This document shows positions 9,742 through 17,071 of a stretch of 20,000 nucleotides of DNA, in pieces. Every line of letters begins with the position of its first letter. The first letter of the stretch is position 1. Source of the stretch: an uncultured virus (IMG/VR IMGVR_UViG_3300047094_000227) (lineage: Duplodnaviria; Heunggongvirae; Uroviricota; Caudoviricetes; Crassvirales). Location: positions 55,166 through 75,165 of IMG/VR virus record IMGVR_UViG_3300047094_000227; one strand, written 5' to 3'. The notes under the pieces were generated by a model that saw nothing but the letters and a program-made list of their open reading frames with translations, made no database searches and had not been told where the DNA came from. The translations under genes were made by a program, and so were the position numbers.

Positions 9742-9755
9742 GTTGGTTTATTTAA

Positions 9756-11006
9756 TTAAGGTAATTTTGTCCAATTAGATCCACCATCTGTAGATCTCCA
9801 AAGTCCAGTTGTTTCTGAAGCAACTGCTACAGTTGCATTGTAAGAGATGGATACTCCAACCCATTCTTTAGAACTTCCCACTGCAGAAAGTGTACCAAAT
9901 GAAACTGATCTATATAAAGTGCTTGCACCAGTTGGAAGAGCTATAATATTTGTACCACTTCCATCTATAGCTACATCATACCATTTAGAAGAAACCCCAC
10001 CAAACTCTACGAATGAATTTCCATAATTTGTACTTTGTAGTAATTGAATATTTGCAGGAGTGTATCCATAAACTCCAGCTTGATTAGCAACAACAACCTT
10101 TGACCCATCAGCAGATGTGCTCACTGCCCAATATGTTTCGTTAACCCCACGTCCAAAGACATTAAGAGCTGGGGTTAAAGGAGTTGTTCCTTTTCCTACA
10201 CAAGCATCAAGTCCACCTAAATAAAAATTAGGACTAACAGCATATTGACGATCACCTGAACTACTTATTGCAACATCAGTTGCTGCTTGTTCGCCAATAG
10301 TAGTAGCAAATGATACTCTTGTAAAAGACACTCCGTAATCTGAAGATCTCCAAACCTGAGCTATACCAAATTGCCCACTAGTTGCTTCACTTAAATTCAT
10401 TGCTGCAATTAATACATATTGCCCTGTTCTATTTGTAGTAATTGAATAGAATGAATTAGTTACACCACCTGTAGCATTCCAATTAACACCATAGTCTGTA
10501 GATCTTGAAATAACAGCTGCTTGTCCTTGTGGTTGTGTAAGACAATACATGTATTGACCCGTTCCACTTACAGCAACTCTTTGAAGTGTATTTGTCCCAG
10601 CAACAGTAACTGATCTATAGGTAAGTCCATAGTCATTAGAAATATATAATTTATTATTTGATCCACATACCACTGCAACATATTTTCCATCATTTGAGCT
10701 AGTAACGTCATCTCTGCTTACAGAAATATTGCTAAATCTAAGATTGTTAGTTGGATTAATTGTAGTGGTTGTAGTTGTAGTGCTAGCACATGGAATAGCT
10801 TGTGATATTACATTTGTACAAGCTCCAGTAGATGTTACTGTCACTTGACTAGCAGCGTTGTCTACATCAACAACTTTACCTGCAAGCAGTTCTGCTTTTG
10901 TAGCAGTTGATGGACTTACACTTCCAACATCTGCTGTTAAATTAAAGTTTGGTCCTAAGTTAGCACCTAACCCAGCACCTAATGTTAATGTTATATTTAT
11001 TGCCAT
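9756..11006 (-). CDS. Asp-box (BNR) beta-propeller protein with shared N-terminal module and Thr linker (416 aa); putative adhesin or glycan-binding protein
   Basis: Repeated SxD/NxGxxW/F/Y boxes: SNDYGLTY, STDYGVNW, SSDYGVSF, STNYGNSF, STDGGSNW. Blade starts are of the VAxSxxGQY type. Confidence 0.8.
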   Translation of the reverse strand: MAINITLTLGAGLGANLGPNFNLTADVGSVSPSTATKAELLAGKVVDVDNAASQVTVTSTGACTNVISQAIPCASTTTTTTTINPTNNLRFSNISVSRDDVTSSNDGKYVAVVCGSNNKLYISNDYGLTYRSVTVAGTNTLQRVAVSGTGQYMYCLTQPQGQAAVISRSTDYGVNWNATGGVTNSFYSITTNRTGQYVLIAAMNLSEATSGQFGIAQVWRSSDYGVSFTRVSFATTIGEQAATDVAISSSGDRQYAVSPNFYLGGLDACVGKGTTPLTPALNVFGRGVNETYWAVSTSADGSKVVVANQAGVYGYTPANIQLLQSTNYGNSFVEFGGVSSKWYDVAIDGSGTNIIALPTGASTLYRSVSFGTLSAVGSSKEWVGVSISYNATVAVASETTGLWRSTDGGSNWTKLP

Positions 11007-11020
11007 TTTCTTTTATTTAA

Positions 11021-11890
11021 TTAGAGACAAGCAGTCTCGCATGTTGCAAATGTTCTTAAACTCAATGTGTTTCCAACATCTCCAGGTTGAACTGTATATA
11101 CTATTGTTGTTAATATTGTAGAACCATCCCCACACGATGCATCTGCTATAATGTCAAATGTGTATGCGTTTGCTTTTGTTGCAACACTATCACAACCACT
11201 TGTAAATACTTCAACGTATATTTGATCACCAACATAAACAGTATAATTACCAGTAGCTGTATTACTTCTACTTTCTACAACTGAACCATTTACATATAAT
11301 TCCATACTTCCAACCGCACCTGATGTAACATCACGTGTGAAACTCCAATTTAATGTTGCTGATGAAGTTGTGTTACAAACTACAGTGAGTCCATCATAAT
11401 TACATTGAGGTAAAGTGGTTGTACTAGTTGTAGTACATGGATAGTTTGAATAACAGCATACTCCATAAGCTATCTCAGATACACGAGCGGCAACAACTGA
11501 ACCTCTTAATATACCACAACCTGCTATAGGTCCTGAATCTCCTGAAATAAATGTACAACCAGTAAAAACTGCAGTTTGACCGTAAGGAAGATAAAAATAA
11601 TATGTATTTCCAGAACAATCCTCGTATGATATAGTTTGACTAAATCCAAATGCTAAATTATTTTCTACTCCAACACTTGCTACACAAGGACATGGATAGT
11701 CTTGATATTTAGGAGCTCTTGTATTAGGATAGGTAGACCAAGGACTAACTGAACCATCTATATAATAATTAGCATCAGCTTCCCCTTTGCTCATGATGCT
11801 GCCATCAAGAGGAGGAGTTGTCCCAGGTTTTTGTCTATATCCCATTGTAGCAAGATCTGCTCCTGTTACTAAAAAATTATTAACTTTCAT
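11021..11890 (-). CDS. Cys-rich multidomain putative virion/fibre-associated protein with Thr linker (289 aa)
   Basis: TAATG-coupled to the S74 fibre gene. Many Cys, a CTTTSTTTLP linker and a beta-rich C-terminal domain. Confidence 0.65.
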   Translation of the reverse strand: MKVNNFLVTGADLATMGYRQKPGTTPPLDGSIMSKGEADANYYIDGSVSPWSTYPNTRAPKYQDYPCPCVASVGVENNLAFGFSQTISYEDCSGNTYYFYLPYGQTAVFTGCTFISGDSGPIAGCGILRGSVVAARVSEIAYGVCCYSNYPCTTTSTTTLPQCNYDGLTVVCNTTSSATLNWSFTRDVTSGAVGSMELYVNGSVVESRSNTATGNYTVYVGDQIYVEVFTSGCDSVATKANAYTFDIIADASCGDGSTILTTIVYTVQPGDVGNTLSLRTFATCETACL

Positions 11891-13752
11891 TATTGGTTTA
11901 ATTTAGCTTCTAATTCTGCTATGCGTTTTTCTAATTGTGCTATTTTCAATGTATGTACATCTGAATAGTTAACCACTAATTTATCTTCTCCTGACACAGC
12001 GTCAGGTAAAATTTCTTGTACCTGTTGTGCAGAATATCCATATCTAATTTGGTTAGACTCTTCATCTGTACGAGTAAATTTAATTACTTGTATTCCTAAT
12101 ACATCAATATTAGGATTTGTTTCTAATACATTTTTAAATCTGATATCTGAAGTTTCAAAGAATGAACCAGCATTTAACTGACTAGTGCTACTTATATAAA
12201 CTGAAGGATTAGCTGTTGCACTGTTTGATGTACCATTAGCTGTAAGAACAGCTCCTGATGTTGTAGGAGAAATAGAATTAAATCCTGCTCCATTAGCTCC
12301 ACTAGTTCCAGAAGTTCCAGATGTACCTCCTGTACTAGCTCCTGAAGAACCAGATGTACCTGAAGTTCCCCCAGTGCTAGCTCCTGAAGAACCAGAAGTA
12401 CCAGATGTACCACCTGTACTAGCTCCTGAAGACCCTGAGGTACCTGAAGTTCCTCCAGTACTTTGACCTGAAGACCCTGAGGTACCAGATGTACCACCTG
12501 TACTTTGACCTGAAGATCCACTGGTTCCTGTTGTACCGCTAGAACCTGAAGACCCACTGGTTCCAGTTGTTCCTGAAGTACCTGTTGTACCAGACGTACC
12601 AGTAGTTCCAGATGTGCCTGATGTACCACTAGTACCAGAGGTTCCACTCGTGCCGCTTGTACCAGATGTACCACTAGTACCTGATGTGCCTGATGTGCCA
12701 GTGGTACCGCTAGAACCAGCTGTTCCAGATGTTCCTGAACTACCAGCAGCACCTACAGGAACTATCATGAATGTTTCACCACTTACAGGATTTGTACCCT
12801 GAGCTGCAGTTTGAGTAACTATAAATCTTTCAAAACCCACTTCAAAAGGAGAAGTGGATACAATTTCTAATATTTTAAATCTAGAAGAATCAACTGTACT
12901 AACTAGCTTAAGTGCTGAGAAAGGGTTCAGTGCATCTAGATATGCTGAGAAGTCAGCACTAGGACTATATGATAAATCACTGATTGCAATTTGAGAAGCA
13001 GATGCTAACCAACTTGCATCATTTAAAGTGAAATATGTAACACCAGGGTTAACGTTTGTATTTGTACTAGGATTAAATCTCCATTGTGCAAGACCTCCTT
13101 CAAAACCTGATGTACCAGAAGTTCCAGTCGTTCCTGAAGTTCCAGTGGTTCCTGAACTACCAGAGGTGCCATCTATTCCAGAAGTTCCAGCTGAGCCAGA
13201 AGTTCCATCTACAGCACTTGTACCAGAGGTTCCATCTATACCAGATGTTCCTGAAGAACCATCAGTTCCTGAACTTCCTGTAAGACCACTTGTACCATTT
13301 GCACCACTGGTTCCATTAATACCACTAGTTCCATCAGCACCTCTTGCACCAGATGTTCCACTGGTTCCTGAAGCACCGTTTGTACCACTTATACCAGAAG
13401 TACCAGAAGTTCCATTACCACCAGAAGTACCATTGGCACCAGATGTTCCAGATGAACCAGCAGCTCCTGAAGTTCCGTTAGCACCAGAAGTTCCTGATGT
13501 ACCACTAGTTCCACGAGTGCCAGAAGAACCAGACGTACCAGAAGTACCTGTTCCTCCACCACCTGTACCAATAGAATCATCTATTTTTGATAGTGCACAG
13601 TCTAGATTATCTCCAGTGTGAATTCCTGTATTAGGTAAGTTAGGTCCATTATATATAACATGATCTGCTGTTGTCTCACAAGGAGAGCATCCAGAAGTTT
13701 GATTAGGATGATAATAAGCGTCATAGCAAGGTGTACCAGGTAAACAAGACAT
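11890..13752 (-). CDS. collagen-like (Gly-Thr-Ser)n tail fibre with C-terminal peptidase S74 intramolecular chaperone (620 aa)
   Basis: Two long G-X-Y tracts. The C-terminus SDIRFKNV...YGYSAQQVQEILPDAV...VNYSDVHTLKIAQLEKRIAELEAKL fits the S74 autocleaving chaperone plus coiled coil. Confidence 0.85.
   Translation of the reverse strand: MSCLPGTPCYDAYYHPNQTSGCSPCETTADHVIYNGPNLPNTGIHTGDNLDCALSKIDDSIGTGGGGTGTSGTSGSSGTRGTSGTSGTSGANGTSGAAGSSGTSGANGTSGGNGTSGTSGISGTNGASGTSGTSGARGADGTSGINGTSGANGTSGLTGSSGTDGSSGTSGIDGTSGTSAVDGTSGSAGTSGIDGTSGSSGTTGTSGTTGTSGTSGFEGGLAQWRFNPSTNTNVNPGVTYFTLNDASWLASASQIAISDLSYSPSADFSAYLDALNPFSALKLVSTVDSSRFKILEIVSTSPFEVGFERFIVTQTAAQGTNPVSGETFMIVPVGAAGSSGTSGTAGSSGTTGTSGTSGTSGTSGTSGTSGTSGTSGTSGTSGTTGTSGTTGTSGTTGTSGSSGSSGTTGTSGSSGQSTGGTSGTSGSSGQSTGGTSGTSGSSGASTGGTSGTSGSSGASTGGTSGTSGSSGASTGGTSGTSGTSGANGAGFNSISPTTSGAVLTANGTSNSATANPSVYISSTSQLNAGSFFETSDIRFKNVLETNPNIDVLGIQVIKFTRTDEESNQIRYGYSAQQVQEILPDAVSGEDKLVVNYSDVHTLKIAQLEKRIAELEAKLNQ
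12283..12753 (-). repeat. second Gly-X-Y (GTS/GSS/GTT) tract, about aa 334-490, including 5 x 42-nt units at 12310-12519
   Basis: 9-nt periodicity. Five copies of GSSG(Q/A)STGGTSGTS. Confidence 0.9.
13105..13569 (-). repeat. first Gly-X-Y (GTS/GAN/GID) tract, about aa 62-216
   Basis: 9-nt periodicity with synonymous codon variation. Confidence 0.9.
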
Positions 13753-13771
13753 TTATAGTTGATTTAGAATA

Positions 13772-14875
13772 TTAAGGAATATACATGATGTAATAAGAAG
13801 CAATTACAGGTTGAATGTTTGGATGACCTTGATTACTACCAGTGTTTGTGTTGCTTACATTTACAGTTGTTGCTACAGTGATACCTGTTGTAGAAGTAGT
13901 AGTTTGATTATTTTGTGGTATATTTTTAGATAAACCTATACTTCCACTTGCTCCACCAAAATCATTTTGTCTTCCTGCAAAGTGACTATGTCCAGGATCT
14001 GTTACAATAGATGTAGCACTTGCTGTTGCACCATGTGTATGACTAGGAAGTTGATTAACATTTATAGCCACTGTGTTTGCACCAGCAATATCTTCAAGAT
14101 CATAATTTGGATTACCAGCATAAACAGGATCTACAGCAGCGTTTAATGGACCACCAGGAACATTAAGAATAGCTCCTACACCAACTCTACCTCTTTTATC
14201 AGGAGTGCCGTTAGAGCCATTACATAAATAGATTTTATCCCATCCTAATGTTCCTATACCAGCACCTGTACCATCAAAGTTTGTAAGAGGACCGTAGTAT
14301 TCAACCACTGTAAAAGGAACCATCTTTAAATAGTTCTGATTTACATTACCTGATTGACTAGCTATGTAAGCAGCTATTAATGAATCTAATTCAGATAGTT
14401 TTACATAGTTTGTACTTACATCTAAATCTAATGCTGCTAGATCTGCCACTACAACACAAAGTCTTGTAATAACAGCTTGTAAGATAGCATGTGTGTCAGA
14501 AGAGGCTGTTACACCTGTAAGACAACCTATTGTATAATCTGCATTTAATACAGCAATATCAGCAGCAACTGCAGTCACCTGAGCTTGTAAACTACAAACA
14601 GATTTAACTAATGCTGTGAATAATTGAGTAGAATTAGGAGAAGTGATTCCTATTAAGAATCCATTTATAAGAGCACACTTATCACCAGAAGCAATAGTTA
14701 TAACATCACCTGTACCAGTTAATAACGGAACAAGTTTAGTTGTAATCATTTCTTCTACATGAAGTAATGTATCTCCTGTAGTAATATTTAGAGCAGGAAT
14801 AGTTGGACCTGTATATCTAACACATTGGTCAGATACAGTCTCAACACATCCATTAAAACAACTTGTACAAGACAT
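13772..14875 (-). CDS. tail fibre with phage tail-collar domain and HxH motifs (367 aa)
   Basis: C-terminal VPFTVVEYYG...GWDKIYLCNGSNGTPDKRGRVGVGA...QLPSHTH...GHSH...HPNIQP...YYIMY is typical of tail-collar / short tail fibre proteins. The N-terminal half has heptad-like helices. Confidence 0.8.
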   Translation of the reverse strand: MSCTSCFNGCVETVSDQCVRYTGPTIPALNITTGDTLLHVEEMITTKLVPLLTGTGDVITIASGDKCALINGFLIGITSPNSTQLFTALVKSVCSLQAQVTAVAADIAVLNADYTIGCLTGVTASSDTHAILQAVITRLCVVVADLAALDLDVSTNYVKLSELDSLIAAYIASQSGNVNQNYLKMVPFTVVEYYGPLTNFDGTGAGIGTLGWDKIYLCNGSNGTPDKRGRVGVGAILNVPGGPLNAAVDPVYAGNPNYDLEDIAGANTVAINVNQLPSHTHGATASATSIVTDPGHSHFAGRQNDFGGASGSIGLSKNIPQNNQTTTSTTGITVATTVNVSNTNTGSNQGHPNIQPVIASYYIMYIP

Positions 14876-14883
14876 TTTATAAT

Positions 14884-15150
14884 TTATTTATTAATTAACA
14901 CTATTACTCTGCTTGCAATCATATCCACTGTAAAAGGTGCACAGTATTCTGGATTACAAAGTTTGTAAGTTAATATTTGTTTATAGTGTAGTAAGTCACC
15001 AATTACCTGTCCTGGAATAAAATAATTCAAGGAGTATACAATATTATTATACTGATCATTAGCTAACGCAGTTAGTCTAAGATCAATATCAGTTAATAGT
15101 GCAGGTATGCTAGCACACTCAATACAATCCGTTAATCTTGGTGATAACAT
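14884..15150 (-). CDS. small helical virion protein, possibly a tail-hub component (88 aa)
   Basis: ORF track and position between the hub-like gene and the fibre genes. Function is inferred from synteny only. Confidence 0.6.
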   Translation of the reverse strand: MLSPRLTDCIECASIPALLTDIDLRLTALANDQYNNIVYSLNYFIPGQVIGDLLHYKQILTYKLCNPEYCAPFTVDMIASRVIVLINK

Positions 15151-15262
15151 TTCTTATTCTTTGATTAATTTGTTTCAACTTGTTATTACATGCTGAACAC
15201 AAGCCATTAATTAATTGACATCCGCAACCTACTTTAAGGCCACAATCTCTACAGTTTGCCAT
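15119..15262 (-). CDS. uncalled 47-aa Cys-rich (putative Zn-binding) protein
   Basis: Manual translation: MANCRDCGLKVGCGCQLINGLCSACNNKLKQINQRIRNVITKINGLY*. The ATG is 1 nt after the upstream TGA, and the ORF fills an otherwise empty gap. Motifs CxxC, CxC, CxxC. Confidence 0.7.
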   Translation of the reverse strand: MANCRDCGLKVGCGCQLINGLCSACNNKLKQINQRIRNVITKINGLY

Positions 15263-15263
15263 A

Positions 15264-15824
15264 TCAATAGAAGTTATTTATATAGTTGTTTCCAGAACAA
15301 CCACAGTTGTTCCTAATAAAATTATCTAATTGTCTATCTGCCTGTACATATAATTTGTTAGCTGTATCTATTGCACAGTTATTAGCAGCAGCAATAGAGC
15401 CTTGAATCATATAATATATACTATTTAGATTCACTTTTGCTTGTGTTCTAATCGCACTATCACATTCCATCATATCAAGCTTCATGAAAGCATTGTCAAA
15501 TTTTTCTTGAATTCTTTCAGTACGCATTATGTTCTTTTCTACAAAATTTAAATATGCAGGAGCAACAGAATATTTCATATAGTATACACCATCTGGAAGA
15601 GGTTGCATACCTCCTGCAAGATTATTAAGTCCTAATATAATAGAATTATAAACATTAAAATCTTGAGGTATAAAAGGAATAGACACAGGAACAGTATATC
15701 CAGGAATAGTAATCTCCATAGTTGGAGCAACAACATTAGGGGGCTGTGTATCATAAACTGATATATCAGCAACACCTAGTGTTTTTGTATTGAAAGTATT
15801 TATTACTAAAAAATCTAGAGTCAT
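15264..15824 (-). CDS. putative tail hub / fibre-docking protein (186 aa)
   Basis: Beta-rich N-terminus with LPDGVYYMKYSV, a helical C-terminus, and CGC near the end. It follows the auxiliary capsid gene, as crAss-like hub genes do. Confidence 0.55.
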   Translation of the reverse strand: MTLDFLVINTFNTKTLGVADISVYDTQPPNVVAPTMEITIPGYTVPVSIPFIPQDFNVYNSIILGLNNLAGGMQPLPDGVYYMKYSVAPAYLNFVEKNIMRTERIQEKFDNAFMKLDMMECDSAIRTQAKVNLNSIYYMIQGSIAAANNCAIDTANKLYVQADRQLDNFIRNNCGCSGNNYINNFY

Positions 15825-15830
15825 GTCTTT

Positions 15831-15879
15831 AAAATAAAAATGCCAGAGGACTTGAGATTATCCTCTCACCCTCTGGCAT
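15831..15879 (-). terminator. terminator-like hairpin after the auxiliary capsid gene
   Basis: ATGCCAGAGG (15840-15849) pairs with CCTCTGGCAT (15870-15879), with an inner TGAGA/TCTCA stem. A T-rich tail follows on the minus strand. Confidence 0.75.
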
Positions 15880-15905
15880 AGGTTAATATGATTCTACTTT
15901 TATTC

Positions 15906-17045
15906 TTAAGGAATCAAAGTAGTTGTTGTTGAAGTACTAGGCCAAATAGTAGTTGTAGTACTAGTTGTAGAAGTGATATCACCACTTTCATCAGACACAA
16001 GACCCAAAGCAGCCTCTAATACATCTAAGATGTCTTGAGTTAACGCTTGTGGAGCAGCAATGATTACTTGAGAATCTTCAATGATATAATCACCCCACTT
16101 GTAAGCAGATTTGTCATACTCATTAAACTTGATATACAAAGTATCGTAAGTAGTACCATCAGTTACCCAAGACTCAAAGTTCTCGTTGTAACCAACCATT
16201 CTGTACAAATGCTTCAAATAACCAGCTTGGTAGCTATAGAAGTTTTTCTCTAATTGTTGAATCTCTGCAGAAGTACCAGAAACATAAGAACTACGTTGAG
16301 TAATTACAGCTTGAGCTACTTGGTTACAAGGATCAGCAACAATGAAGTCAGCAGTTGTAGCTGGACCAGAGAAGATGAATGTACGGAAGTACATACGGTC
16401 ATACTCCCAAGGGAATGCAGCCACATCACATGGTTGTCCATAGATAGTCAAAGGCTTACCGCTGATAACTAACTTAGCATTCTGATCATTACCAACTCTT
16501 TGGAATTGATAGAAAGTGTCAAAGCTAATGTTGTCAGGGTTGTTACCTGGAGCTTTTTGACGTAACTTGATGATTAATTCATCAATTAAAGCAGGTACAT
16601 CAACATCAGTACAAGGATCTTCACCACATGCTAAACATGGAGCGTTTACTGTTACTGAACGTGTGAAGCCATTGAAATACAATGTGTCAATGTAGCTAGA
16701 GAATGCACGTAATGTTAAAGTTACAATTTCACCTGGTTTTACAGTGAAATCACCAACTTCTGTTACTTGGTTAGCAGCAACTGGATTACCTGTAACTTTG
16801 TACCATTCAGATACATTGTTTGCAGAAATCTTGTCAGAACGCTTAGAACCTTGTAAATACGTGTTTACTCTACCTTGAGCTAAATAGAAATAAGGAGCAG
16901 CTGCAATGTTACCTACAGTTGCAACAGCATAGTTATTGGTATAAATACCAAACTGACCAGCTGTTAAGTCTTGTGTTGATCCAGAGCTAGGTAATGAATT
17001 TCCTACTGGTACAACAAAGAGGGTGGTTAATGAAAAATCCGCCAT
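15906..17045 (-). CDS. crAss-like auxiliary capsid / conserved structural protein with Thr-rich C-terminal tail (379 aa)
   Basis: Third gene downstream of the MCP. Codon choice is similar to the MCP (TTC, AAC, CGT), and a terminator follows. It ends TSTTSTTTTIWPSTSTTTTLIP. Confidence 0.65.
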   Translation of the reverse strand: MADFSLTTLFVVPVGNSLPSSGSTQDLTAGQFGIYTNNYAVATVGNIAAAPYFYLAQGRVNTYLQGSKRSDKISANNVSEWYKVTGNPVAANQVTEVGDFTVKPGEIVTLTLRAFSSYIDTLYFNGFTRSVTVNAPCLACGEDPCTDVDVPALIDELIIKLRQKAPGNNPDNISFDTFYQFQRVGNDQNAKLVISGKPLTIYGQPCDVAAFPWEYDRMYFRTFIFSGPATTADFIVADPCNQVAQAVITQRSSYVSGTSAEIQQLEKNFYSYQAGYLKHLYRMVGYNENFESWVTDGTTYDTLYIKFNEYDKSAYKWGDYIIEDSQVIIAAPQALTQDILDVLEAALGLVSDESGDITSTTSTTTTIWPSTSTTTTLIP

Positions 17046-17071
17046 TTTGTTTTATTTTAAATTATGAAAAA

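Noticed and set aside
12283..13569. CRISPR array or DGR template/variable repeat
   Set aside because: The repeats are degenerate in-frame coding triplets without spacers. No adenine-specific repeat pair or reverse transcriptase was noticed in the window.
12192..13580. Alternative-frame minus-strand ORFs (12192..12752, 13389..13580) suggesting overprinting or frameshift
   Set aside because: They coincide with the low-complexity tracts and give Val/Leu/Gln shadow sequence. No slippery site or leader was noticed.
12614..13621. Plus-strand Pro/Val/Glu-repeat ORFs (12614..12802, 13028..13621, 13086..13283)
   Set aside because: These are antisense readings of the GTS repeats, which lack stops by composition.
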